This document shows positions 16,982 through 26,367 of a stretch of 64,000 nucleotides of DNA, one piece after another. The translations under genes were made by a program, and so were the position numbers. Where the stretch lies: assembly GCA_938003985.1 (NCBI GenBank), contig CALKWZ010000031.1, positions 4,173 to 68,172 on the forward strand, given 5' to 3'. Position 1 is the first letter of the stretch. Every line of letters starts with the position of its first letter. The DNA comes from an uncultured Verrucomicrobiota bacterium (lineage in GTDB: Bacteria; Verrucomicrobiota; Kiritimatiellia; CAIQIC01; Lenti-01). The notes beneath the pieces are model-generated. The model had not been told where the DNA came from. It ran no database searches and was given only the letters and a program-made list of their open reading frames with translations.

Positions 16982-19675
16982 GTGAGCATCAGCCGGCATT
17001 TCCACGGATGGACGACGCCGTCGCTTCCGGCCGCCGTGGACGTCCTGACGCGGAACTGGCGCGGCGTCGGTCCGCTGGATCTGCGCGGTTGCCTGATCGT
17101 GGTGCCGACGCGCCACGCGGGCCGCCGCCTGCGCGCGGAACTCGCCCGGACCGCCGCCGCCCGCGGGACCGCCGTCCTCGCGGGCTCCATCGTCACGCCG
17201 GAACATCTGGTGCCCATGCCGCCCGAGGCAGCCGACGACGCGCTGGTCCTGGCCCTGCTGGCCAAACGGCTGGTGGCGCAACGCGACCAGCTCGGCGCCC
17301 TGTTTCCCGCGACGGACGTCGCGTGGGATTTTCCGTTCGCGCTGGGTCTCGCCGCGCAACTGCAAGACGTCCGCCGCCAATTGTCCGAAGCCGACCGCGC
17401 CCCCGCCGACTTGCTGCCGCTGGTGCCCGACGAGGAACGCGCGCGCTGGACGGCCATCGCCCAGCTCGAAAAGGGATTGCTGCAGGACGTCGCCCGCCTA
17501 GGAAAAAATGATCCGCTCGCCGCCCGCCGGGAAGCGGCGCGACAACCACCCGACGTTTCCCATACCCGCGTGATCGCGCTTTTCGTGCCGGATTTTTCCG
17601 CGCTGGCGGTCCGCCGCCTGCAAGCGGCGGCGCAAAGCAGTTCGGTCGAAATCCACGTCTTGGCACCCGAATCGGAAGCGGACCGCTTCGACGACTGGGG
17701 CCGGCCGCTGCCGGACCGCTGGGAAAACGAACCGCTGCCGCTGGCCGAACGCCACATCCACGTCTTCGAGCAGGCACCGGACGAGACCGACGCGCTGGCG
17801 GCGATGCTGGCCGAAGCGGAGCAGGCCGGCCGCGCCTTGGCGGTCTGCACGCCGGATCCCGGCAACGCCCAGGCCTTGGCCCGGCGGTTGCAGATCGACG
17901 GCCGGACGCTCTTCCTCCCCAACGGAGTGCCGCTGGCGCAGACCGCGCCGGGCCGGCTGCTGGCCGCCTGGCTCGCGCTTCGGCGCCGCCGAGACTACGC
18001 CGCGGCCGCCGCCTTCCTGCGGCATCCCGACGCGCAGGATTGGCTGGAGGTCCGGCTTGGCTGCGACGACGCCCGCGAACTGCTCTCGCAGCTCGACCGT
18101 TGCCAAGCGGAACATCTGCCGACGACGTTCGACGACTTGCGCCGCTGCGTTCGGCCGCATCCGGAGTTTGCGCTGCTGGCAAACGCCTTGAACGAATTGG
18201 AGCGGCGCTTCGCCGACCCGCTGTCCGTCTTTCTGGCGGATCTCTACGACGCCCGCCGGCCGGTGGAGGGCGCGCCGCCCGATCCGCTGTTCGCGGAGGC
18301 CGCGCAAGGCCTGGCCGATCTCGTGCGGGCGACCGAAGAATCCGCGCGCGCGCTGAAACTGGAACCGGACGAAACCCTCGAGCTGCTGCAGGCGGCGCTG
18401 GCCCGCGAATCGGTTTTTCCCAAGCCGACCGCCGCGCGGGAAGCCATCGGCTGGCTGGAAACGCAGTGGGAAACCGCGCCGGCGGTGCTGCTGGCGGACA
18501 TGCGCGAAGGCATCGTGCCCGAAACGCGCCTCGGCGACGCCTTCCTGCCCGACGCGCTGCGCGCGCGGGCCGGCCTGGCGAGCAATCGCGACGGCCTGGC
18601 GCGCGATCTTTTCCTGGCGCGCACGCTGCTGGAATCGCGCCCGGCCGACGGCGTGCGGTTCCTGTACAGCCGCCGCGCGGCCAACCAGGAGCCGCAACTC
18701 CCTTCGCGCCTGCTGCTGGCCTGCCCCGACGCCGAATTGCCCGCGCGCGTGGAATTCCTCTTCGCCCGGCCCGCCCTGCGCCCAGCGCGGCCCGCCGCGC
18801 CGCCGCGGCCCGTCCTGACCGTCCGGCCGCCGGCCTGCCGGCCCGAGTGGATCCCCGCTGCGCTTTCGGCGACGGCATTCAAGGCCTATCTGGCGTGCCC
18901 GTTCCGCTTCTATCTCGCGCACGTCCTCGGCATGCGCGCGGAAGACGACGGCGCGCGCGAACTGGACCCCATGGGCTTCGGCAACCTTGCCCACGAAACC
19001 CTGAGCCTTCTGAAAAAGCATCCTGCGCTCGACGACGAGGGCGCGCTCCAGGGCTTGCTCCTCGCCGAGCTCGAGCGGCTCGCGAAAACGCGTTACGGCG
19101 CGCATCCGCCGCTGGCCGTCCTCGTGCAGCTCGATTCCCTGCGCCAGCGCCTGCGCGCCGCGGCCGGCGTCCACGCCGCCACCGTGCGCGCGGGCTGGCG
19201 CATCGTCGCCGCCGAGGAAAAGTACGAAGCGGAGCTCGACGGAATGCTCGTGAAGGCGCGCATCGACCGCATCGACCGCCATGCCGACGGCCGCATCCGC
19301 ATCCTCGACTACAAGACGACCGATTCCGGCGCCACGCCCGCCGAAACCCACTACCGGTCCCGCAACCGGGAATGGATCGATCTCCAGCTGCCGCTTTACC
19401 GCCATCTCTATGCGCAGCTCCATCCGGGCATCGATATTTCCGTCGGCTACTTCAACCTGCCCAAGGCGGCCGCCGACACCGCGATCCACGAACTGAAGTT
19501 CGCGGGCAAGAGCGGCGAAGACCTCTACCCCTCGGCGCTCGAAGCCGCCCGCGCCGTCGTCGCCGCCATCCGGGCCGGCACGTTCTGGCCGCCGAACGAG
19601 CTGCCGCCCGACCGCGACGATTTCGCCCTGCTCTTCGCGGGCAACCCGCCGCTCATCGCGGAGCCGTCCCCGTGA
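16982..19675 (+). CDS. addB: AddB-like subunit of a helicase-nuclease complex (degenerate helicase domain plus C-terminal PD-(D/E)XK nuclease)
   Basis: C-terminal PD-(D/E)XK motifs (ARIDRIDRHADGRIRILDYKTTD); N-terminal LIVVPTRHAGRRLRAEL resembles AddB motif without an intact Walker A; stop overlaps addA-like start (GTGA). Track ORF starts at 16850, but codons 16850-16980 are AT-rich, so the GTG at 16982 is preferred. Confidence 0.7.
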   Translation: MSISRHFHGWTTPSLPAAVDVLTRNWRGVGPLDLRGCLIVVPTRHAGRRLRAELARTAAARGTAVLAGSIVTPEHLVPMPPEAADDALVLALLAKRLVAQRDQLGALFPATDVAWDFPFALGLAAQLQDVRRQLSEADRAPADLLPLVPDEERARWTAIAQLEKGLLQDVARLGKNDPLAARREAARQPPDVSHTRVIALFVPDFSALAVRRLQAAAQSSSVEIHVLAPESEADRFDDWGRPLPDRWENEPLPLAERHIHVFEQAPDETDALAAMLAEAEQAGRALAVCTPDPGNAQALARRLQIDGRTLFLPNGVPLAQTAPGRLLAAWLALRRRRDYAAAAAFLRHPDAQDWLEVRLGCDDARELLSQLDRCQAEHLPTTFDDLRRCVRPHPEFALLANALNELERRFADPLSVFLADLYDARRPVEGAPPDPLFAEAAQGLADLVRATEESARALKLEPDETLELLQAALARESVFPKPTAAREAIGWLETQWETAPAVLLADMREGIVPETRLGDAFLPDALRARAGLASNRDGLARDLFLARTLLESRPADGVRFLYSRRAANQEPQLPSRLLLACPDAELPARVEFLFARPALRPARPAAPPRPVLTVRPPACRPEWIPAALSATAFKAYLACPFRFYLAHVLGMRAEDDGARELDPMGFGNLAHETLSLLKKHPALDDEGALQGLLLAELERLAKTRYGAHPPLAVLVQLDSLRQRLRAAAGVHAATVRAGWRIVAAEEKYEAELDGMLVKARIDRIDRHADGRIRILDYKTTDSGATPAETHYRSRNREWIDLQLPLYRHLYAQLHPGIDISVGYFNLPKAAADTAIHELKFAGKSGEDLYPSALEAARAVVAAIRAGTFWPPNELPPDRDDFALLFAGNPPLIAEPSP

Positions 19676-22600
19676 GCGCGCCGGTTTCCATCCGCAACGC
19701 GGCCTTGGCCGCTTCCGCCGGCACGGGCAAGACCTTCGCCCTCAGCAGCCGTTATCTGGCGTTGCTCGCGGCCGGCGCCGATCCCGCCGCCATCGTCGCC
19801 CTCACCTTCACCCGCAAGGCCGCCGGCGAAATCCTCGCGCGCATCCTGACCCGCCTCGCCCGGGCCGCCGCTTCCGCGGAAGGGAACCGCGGCTTGAGCC
19901 GGGAATTGGCCGAGGCGCACCTGGCCGGCTTCGCCGATCCCGCGGCCGCGCAGGCCGCGCTCCGCCGCCTCGTCCACGCCCTGCCCCGGCTGCGCATCGG
20001 GACGCTCGATTCCTTCTTCCTCCAGATCCTCCGGCCGTTCCGCCTCGAAGCCGGCATCGGCGCCGAACTGGCGATCGCGCCGCAGACCGACGATCCCGAG
20101 GAAAACCTCATCCTCCAAAGCCTGCTCGAACGCGCCGCGCTCTCCGCCGACGAACGCCGCGAGCTGATGGAGACCTTCAAGCTCGCCACGTTCGGCGAGG
20201 AAAAGAAGAGCGTGTACGGCTCCATCGCGCGCCTCGTCCAGAACCAGTACGAACTCTACCAGCGCGCCCCGGAGCAACCCGTCTGGGGCGATCCCGCCCG
20301 CATCTGGGAAAACGGCGCGGCCCTGCTCGCGGCGCCCGCGGCCCCCGACTGGCCCGCCGTCTTCGCCGCCCTCGAGGCGCAGGTCGACGTCTTGCGCACG
20401 GCCGGCGACCGGAAGGCGTGGGACAAATTCACGGCCATGCTCCGCGGCGTGGAAAACGGCGGCGACTACGAATTCGGCGCCAAGCTGAACGACCGCCTCT
20501 ATGCCGCCTACGTCGCGCCCGGCGGCGACCGCGCATCCATCCCGTTCGGCCGCGGCGCGCTGGTCCTGCGGCCCGAAACGCAGGCCGCGCTGGCTGCCGC
20601 GTTCGCCTATATCCGCCACGCGGCCCTCGCCCGGCAGATCGTCCGCACGCAGGGACTCTACCGCCTCCTCGCCGCCTACGGCCGCGAACACCGCGCGCAC
20701 GTCGCCCGCACCGGGCAGCTTTCCTTCAACGACATCGCCCAGCTGCTCGCGCCCGCTTCCGGCCCGATCCCCGCCCGCCGACGCGCCTTGCTGGAAAGCC
20801 GTCTCGACGGCCGCTACCTGCACTGGCTCCTCGACGAATTCCAGGACACCTCCCTCGTCCAATGGGCCGTCATCGAAAACCTTCTCGACGAAGTCGTCCA
20901 GAATCCCGACGGCGACCGCACGCTGTTCTACGTCGGCGACGTCAAACAGGCCATCTACGAATGGCGCAGCGGCGATCCGCGCCTCTTCCGGCGCATCCTC
21001 GCCAAGTACAACCGGCCCGGCCACGTCGCCATCGAGGAAGCCGAACCGCTGGTCCGCTCCTGGCGCTCCAGCCCCGTCGTCCTCGACGCCGTCAACGCCG
21101 TCTTCGGCCACCTGCCCGCCCTGCCGCTGCCCGGCGACGAAGACCTCGCGGCCGATTGGCAGGCCATCGCCGCGTGCTGGGCCGACGAATGGCAACCCCA
21201 CGCCGCCGCGCCGAAAAACGAGCATCTGGCCGGCCACGTCGCGCTCCACGTGCTGCCGCGGCCGAAACCGGACGAAGAAGGCCCGACGCCCATCGCCCGC
21301 GCCGCCGACCTCGTGGCCGAACTCCGGCGGAGCATTCCCGATTTCGACCGCCGTTCCGTCGCGCTCCTCGCGCGCGGCAACGCCGACGGCCTCGCCCTGC
21401 TCGACGCCTTGGCGGAACGCGGCATCCGCGCCGTCTGGGCCGGCAATTCGCCGTTGCTCGACAACGCGCTCATCCCGGCCGTTCTCTCCTACGCCAAGCT
21501 CACGGAGCACCCCGGGGACAAACTTGCCCGGCGCCACGTCGAAATGTCGCCGTTGGCGGGCCGGGTGTCGCTCGCGCCGGCCGCGCTCGCCGCCCAGGCC
21601 TGCCTCATCCGCGAACAAGGCTACTCCGGGTTCGTGGCGCGGCTCGCCGCCGCGCTGGACCTGTCCGCGGCGCCCCTCGAACAAAGCCGGCTGCGCACGC
21701 TGGTCGCCGTCGCCGCCGAATTCGACCGCCAGCCCGGCGGCAACGCCCTCCAGTTCGTTGCCTGCGTCCAGGCCCAGGAAATCCCCGCCGAGGAAACCGG
21801 CTCCAACGTGCAGATCCTCACCATGCACAAGGCCAAGGGCCTGGAATTCGACGTCGTCGTCCTCCCCGCCCTCGGCGACAAGGGCATCACGTCCATGGGC
21901 AAGCCGGCGCTCCTCGTCCGCGAGCGGGACGGCCGCGAACCCAATCCGCCCGTGGACTGGATCCTGTCCGCGCCCGAAACCTCCATCGTCGAAGCCGAAC
22001 CGCCCCTCGCCGTGCAACTGGCCGCCTATCGCCAAGGCAAAGCCCTCGAAGAACTGCGCCTGCTCTACGTCGCCATGACCCGCGCCAAGCGCGCGCTGCA
22101 TCTGATCACCGTCGCCCCCGCCGAAAGCACGAAAACCCTCCGCCTCGACAACGTCCTGCAGAACACCCTCGCGCCCGACGCCCGCCCCGATCCCGAGCAT
22201 CCCGTTTTGGAGAATGGCACGGCCGACTGGTGGAAACAGGAAACCGCCGGCGACAAACCGGCGCCGGCGCCGGGCGTTCCGCTGCGGTTCGGCGACTTGC
22301 CGGGCGCGCCCGCCGAAAAGCCGCTGGACGCGCGCGTGGCTTCGCAGGAAAACGTCGGCGGCGCCGGCGCGGGCGGCCGCGCGTTCCGACCCGAAGGCGC
22401 GGAAGCCCGCGATCTCGGCACGCGCGTGCATGCCCTGTTCGAGCAGATCGCCTGGCTGGCGCCCGGCGAAATTCCGGAATTTCGGGACGCCGCGCCGGCC
22501 GACGTCCGGCTGGTCGCATCGTGCCTGAAGAACCCGCGCATCCACGCCCTGTTCGAGCAGCCCGCCGGCGCCGTCGAGCTGCTGCGGGAACAGGCGTTCG

Positions 22601-22848
22601 AAGCGGTGCTGGACGGCCACTGGCTATCCGGCAAGATCGACCGCCTGCAGCTCGAAAAGGATGCCGCGGGCAACCCCGTCCGCGCGCGGGTGCTCGACTT
22701 CAAGACCGACCGCGCGCCGGATCCCGAACGCCACCGCGGGCAGATGGACGATTACCGCCAGGCCGTGGCCAAATTATTCGCGCTCCCGCCGGACCGAGTG
22801 GCCTGCACGCTGCTGTTCGTGCGCGGCGGAGCCGTTGCGGACGTCTGA
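19672..22848 (+). CDS. addA: AddA-like UvrD/Rep-family helicase with C-terminal PD-(D/E)XK nuclease domain
   Basis: 1058 aa from GTG 19672; Walker A AGTGKTF, UvrD motifs (LTFTRKAAGEI, DEFQDTSLVQW, TMHKAKGLEFDVVVL, YVAMTRAKRAL); C-terminal nuclease motif (GKIDRLQ...RVLDFKTD). Confidence 0.8.
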   Translation: MSAPVSIRNAALAASAGTGKTFALSSRYLALLAAGADPAAIVALTFTRKAAGEILARILTRLARAAASAEGNRGLSRELAEAHLAGFADPAAAQAALRRLVHALPRLRIGTLDSFFLQILRPFRLEAGIGAELAIAPQTDDPEENLILQSLLERAALSADERRELMETFKLATFGEEKKSVYGSIARLVQNQYELYQRAPEQPVWGDPARIWENGAALLAAPAAPDWPAVFAALEAQVDVLRTAGDRKAWDKFTAMLRGVENGGDYEFGAKLNDRLYAAYVAPGGDRASIPFGRGALVLRPETQAALAAAFAYIRHAALARQIVRTQGLYRLLAAYGREHRAHVARTGQLSFNDIAQLLAPASGPIPARRRALLESRLDGRYLHWLLDEFQDTSLVQWAVIENLLDEVVQNPDGDRTLFYVGDVKQAIYEWRSGDPRLFRRILAKYNRPGHVAIEEAEPLVRSWRSSPVVLDAVNAVFGHLPALPLPGDEDLAADWQAIAACWADEWQPHAAAPKNEHLAGHVALHVLPRPKPDEEGPTPIARAADLVAELRRSIPDFDRRSVALLARGNADGLALLDALAERGIRAVWAGNSPLLDNALIPAVLSYAKLTEHPGDKLARRHVEMSPLAGRVSLAPAALAAQACLIREQGYSGFVARLAAALDLSAAPLEQSRLRTLVAVAAEFDRQPGGNALQFVACVQAQEIPAEETGSNVQILTMHKAKGLEFDVVVLPALGDKGITSMGKPALLVRERDGREPNPPVDWILSAPETSIVEAEPPLAVQLAAYRQGKALEELRLLYVAMTRAKRALHLITVAPAESTKTLRLDNVLQNTLAPDARPDPEHPVLENGTADWWKQETAGDKPAPAPGVPLRFGDLPGAPAEKPLDARVASQENVGGAGAGGRAFRPEGAEARDLGTRVHALFEQIAWLAPGEIPEFRDAAPADVRLVASCLKNPRIHALFEQPAGAVELLREQAFEAVLDGHWLSGKIDRLQLEKDAAGNPVRARVLDFKTDRAPDPERHRGQMDDYRQAVAKLFALPPDRVACTLLFVRGGAVADV

Positions 22849-22869
22849 TTCGGCGACAATGCCGACGCT

Positions 22870-24396
22870 TCAATTCTTTTCGGCGAACTCGACGCCGTGG
22901 CGATCGAGCATGGAACCTTCGGCCAAAGCCAGCGCGGCGAGTTGCCGGTTGTAGTCCATGAGCGCCTGGATGGCGTCGTTGCGCGCGCTCGTCAGGTCGC
23001 GCTGGAGTTGCAACACGACGAAACTGGTGCTCTTGCCGCTTGCGAGCTTCCGCTGTTCGGCTTCCAGGGCTTCGCGGGCGTAATCGCGGGCCTCCCGCGT
23101 GGCTTGGACCTTTTCGTAGCCGGTCCGCACGGCGGCGGCGGCATCCTCGACTTCCACCAGGGCCTTTTCTTCCAATTGGCGCAAGGCCAGCTTTTGTTGT
23201 TCCTCGTTGGCGCGGCTCTGGGCGTAACGGGTTTTCGCGGCGCGGTTGCCCAGCGGGAACGTCAGCGCCACGCCGGCGCTCCAGAAAGGCTCGTCGGCGG
23301 CTTCCATCCGGTCGTAGACGTCGCCGGTCGAGGACTCGTCGCTGGCGGCCACGCCGTAGCTGCCCACCAGATCGAGCGACGGCAAGGTCTGGTTCTTCTG
23401 GTAGTCCGCGGCGATGCCTTGCCGTTCCAGCGCCAGCCGCGCCTGGCGCAGATCGGGGCGCTGCACCAGCGCCCGCTCGCCGCTGGCGGCGGCATCCGTC
23501 GCGACGGGTTCGGCCGCCAGTTCGCCGATCGGCGCCAACTCCACGTCGCGCACGCTCCGGTGGTCGGCGTACAGCAAGGTCTTGAGCTGGTTCTGGGCCT
23601 CGGCATATGCCCGCTGCGCGGAGCTGAGGGCCGCGCGCGCGGCGGCGGCCTGGCTTTCGGCCTGCTTTTCGTCGAGCCGGGACAGCGCGCCGATCTGCAC
23701 CTTGCGGCGGTTGTCCTCGTAGAGCTGCGTGGCCAACTGCACGGCATCTTCCTGCACGCGGATGCTCTCCCGCGCCTCGATCAGGCCGAACCAGGCGGTT
23801 TCGACCTGCGCCAGCACGTTTTGGATCCGCGTCTCGAGCTGCGCCGCCGCTTCCGCGGACTGCTTGCGGGCCGCGGCCACTTGGTAACGAACGGAATCGG
23901 TCTTGAAGCCCTTCAGCAGCGGTTGCGTGAGCGTGACGCTGGCGCTGCCGGTGCTCGTGTCGAACAGATTGCCCTCGCGCTCGCCGTCGGACTGGCCGAC
24001 CCGCGCGCCGACTTCGTAGTTCAGCCCGCCCAGCGCCGTCGCGCCGCCGACCGAAGCCGCGAACGAGTCGTTGTCCGTGTCCGAACCGAGGACTTCCAGC
24101 GCGCCGGCGGCCGTGCCGGCGCTGGCGCCGGCGGTTTCCTCGTGCGAACGCTTGGCGGACAGCGTCAGATTCGGATCGTAGCCGCCGCGGGCGGCGGCGA
24201 CGTCCTGCCGCGCCACTTCGCGCGCGATCCGCTCGATCCGCAGATCCAGGTTGTTCTCCAGCGCCAGCCCGACGCAATCCGCCAGAGTCAAGTTGCGGCT
24301 GGCCGGCTCCGCCGCCGGCGCGGAAACAACCGCCAGCAATCCCACCAGCAAAGCCATCCCCACTTGGATATTGGACATTGTCTTGGATTTATTCAT
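22870..24396 (-). CDS. TolC-family outer-membrane efflux protein
   Basis: 508 aa; signal peptide; two OEP repeats with characteristic coiled-coil and beta-strand periodicity. Confidence 0.85.
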   Translation of the reverse strand: MNKSKTMSNIQVGMALLVGLLAVVSAPAAEPASRNLTLADCVGLALENNLDLRIERIAREVARQDVAAARGGYDPNLTLSAKRSHEETAGASAGTAAGALEVLGSDTDNDSFAASVGGATALGGLNYEVGARVGQSDGEREGNLFDTSTGSASVTLTQPLLKGFKTDSVRYQVAAARKQSAEAAAQLETRIQNVLAQVETAWFGLIEARESIRVQEDAVQLATQLYEDNRRKVQIGALSRLDEKQAESQAAAARAALSSAQRAYAEAQNQLKTLLYADHRSVRDVELAPIGELAAEPVATDAAASGERALVQRPDLRQARLALERQGIAADYQKNQTLPSLDLVGSYGVAASDESSTGDVYDRMEAADEPFWSAGVALTFPLGNRAAKTRYAQSRANEEQQKLALRQLEEKALVEVEDAAAAVRTGYEKVQATREARDYAREALEAEQRKLASGKSTSFVVLQLQRDLTSARNDAIQALMDYNRQLAALALAEGSMLDRHGVEFAEKN

Positions 24397-25606
24397 ACCG
24401 CAGCGCCTCGATGGGATCCAACCCCGCCGCCTTGCGCGCCGGGTAGAAACCGAAAAAGATGCCGATGACCGCGCTGAAGACGAATGCCAGCGCGACCGAA
24501 TCGGGCGAAACCAGCGTCATCCAGCCCAGTTTCGCCGAAACGATCCGGGCGATGGCGAAGCCCAGGCCGATGCCCAGCAGGCCGCCGCCCACGCTGAGCA
24601 CCACCGACTCGACGAGAAATTGCAGCAAAATGTCGCCGCCGCGCGCGCCGACCGCCATGCGCACGCCGATTTCCCGCGTGCGCTCCGTCACGCTCACCAG
24701 CATGATGTTCATGATGCCGATGCCGCCCACCAGCAGCGACACGCCCGCGATCGCCGCCAGCAGCAGCGTCATCGTCTTGGCCGTCGAGGTGGCCATTTCC
24801 ATGATTTCCTGCTGGCTGCGCACGTGGAAATCGTCCTCGGCGCCGTCGCGCAGCCGGTGCCGCTGGCGCAGCAGCGCGCTGATGTCCTCCATTACGCCGG
24901 CCACCTGGTCCGCGCTTTCGGCCTGCACGGTGATGGCCCGGAACGAGTCCGTGCCCGTCAACCGCACCTGCGCGCTGGTCCAGGGCACCAGCGCCACGTC
25001 GTCCTGGTCCGAACCCATCATGCTCATGCCCTTGGGCTTGAGCAGGCCCACCACCACGTAGGGCGCGTTCTGGATCCGCACGACCTGCCCCACGGGACTG
25101 GCCTCGCCGAAAAGGTTCGTGGCCACCGTTTGGCCCAGAATCGCCACTTTCGCGGCGCTGCGGACGTCGGCCGCGGTGAAGTTGCCGCCTTCGACGAATT
25201 CCCAGGCGCGGATGTCGGCGTAGTCTTCGCCGACGCCGTTGACGGTCGTGTTGACGTTCTGGTTGCCGGCCATGATCTGCGTGACCTTGCGGACGTCGGG
25301 CGTCGCGCGGACGGCGCCCGGCACTTCCGCGCGGATCGCCTCGTAGTCCTGGCGCGTCAGCGTCGGCAAACTGCCCCAGCCGCCGCGCACCCCGCCGCGC
25401 GAGCCCGCGCCCGACATCACCATCACCGTGTTCTGGCCGATTTGGGCGATGCTGGAGGCCACCTGTTCCTTGGCGCCCGTGCCGATGGCCACCATGGCGA
25501 TGACCGCGGCCACGCCGATGATGATGCCCAGCATCGTGAGCCCCGTGCGCATCGGGTTCCGCCGCAGCGCCCGCAGCGCGATCGTCCACGTGGAGGAGAA
25601 CTTCAC
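24389..25606 (-). CDS. ABC transporter permease, MacB/FtsX family
   Basis: 405 aa; N-terminal TM, large periplasmic domain, C-terminal FtsX four-helix region; 8-bp overlap with the tolC-like gene. Confidence 0.85.
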   Translation of the reverse strand: MKFSSTWTIALRALRRNPMRTGLTMLGIIIGVAAVIAMVAIGTGAKEQVASSIAQIGQNTVMVMSGAGSRGGVRGGWGSLPTLTRQDYEAIRAEVPGAVRATPDVRKVTQIMAGNQNVNTTVNGVGEDYADIRAWEFVEGGNFTAADVRSAAKVAILGQTVATNLFGEASPVGQVVRIQNAPYVVVGLLKPKGMSMMGSDQDDVALVPWTSAQVRLTGTDSFRAITVQAESADQVAGVMEDISALLRQRHRLRDGAEDDFHVRSQQEIMEMATSTAKTMTLLLAAIAGVSLLVGGIGIMNIMLVSVTERTREIGVRMAVGARGGDILLQFLVESVVLSVGGGLLGIGLGFAIARIVSAKLGWMTLVSPDSVALAFVFSAVIGIFFGFYPARKAAGLDPIEALRYE

Positions 25607-26358
25607 GGCGCGGCCTCCGGATCCCGGGCCCGCGCCAGTTCGGCAGCGGCGACGAGGCGGTCCGCGACCGGTTCGTCGCGGATGATGCGGCCGTCGCGCA
25701 TGACGATTTCGCGCCGGCAGTAGCGGGCGATGTCCGGCTCGTGGGTCACCATCAGGATCGTCATCCCCCGGTCGTTCAATTCCTGGAAGATCGCCATGAT
25801 TTCAAGGCTCGTGCGGGTGTCGAGGTTGCCCGTCGGTTCGTCCGCCAGCAGCAGCGCCGGCTCGTTCACCAGGGCGCGGGCGATCGCCACGCGCTGCTGC
25901 TGGCCGCCCGACAGCTGGCTGGGATGGTGGTCCGCGCGGTCCGCCAGACCGACCCGCTCCAGCGCCGCGAGCGAGCGCCGCCGCAATTCGCGCCGGCCGT
26001 GGCCGTGGGGCGAATACAGCAGCGGCAGTTCCACGTTCTCCAGCGCCGAAGTGCGGGCGAGCAGATTGAAGCCCTGGAACACGAAACCCAACCGCTGGTT
26101 CCGGACCCGGGACAGGTCGCTTTTCGAGAGGCCGCCGACGTCTTCGCCGTCCAACCGGTAGCGGCCCGCCGTGGGCCGGTCGAGACAGCCGATCAGGTTC
26201 ATCAGCGTCGACTTGCCCGAGCCGCTCGCGCCCATCACCGCCGCGAATTCGCCGGCGCGCACCGTCAGCGACACGCCGCGCACGGCCTTCACCGCGACTT
26301 CGCCGGTCCGGTAGACCTTCTCGACGTTTTCCAGTTCGATGACCGGTTGGATCGCCAT
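25603..26358 (-). CDS. ABC transporter ATP-binding protein (MacB/LolD-type)
   Basis: 251 aa; Walker A GASGSGKST, signature LSGGQQQRVAIARAL, Walker B LLLADEPTGNLD; 4-bp overlap with the permease gene. Confidence 0.9.
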   Translation of the reverse strand: MAIQPVIELENVEKVYRTGEVAVKAVRGVSLTVRAGEFAAVMGASGSGKSTLMNLIGCLDRPTAGRYRLDGEDVGGLSKSDLSRVRNQRLGFVFQGFNLLARTSALENVELPLLYSPHGHGRRELRRRSLAALERVGLADRADHHPSQLSGGQQQRVAIARALVNEPALLLADEPTGNLDTRTSLEIMAIFQELNDRGMTILMVTHEPDIARYCRREIVMRDGRIIRDEPVADRLVAAAELARARDPEAAP

Positions 26359-26367
26359 GGCCGGCTC

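Noticed and set aside
18040..19671. 5' 544 codons of the 1602-aa track ORF 18040..22848
   Set aside because: This portion is out of frame with, and overlaps, the AddB-like gene. The real AddA-like gene starts at the GTG at 19672 (GTGA overlap with the AddB stop), where the UvrD Walker A (AGTGKTF) appears 17 residues in.
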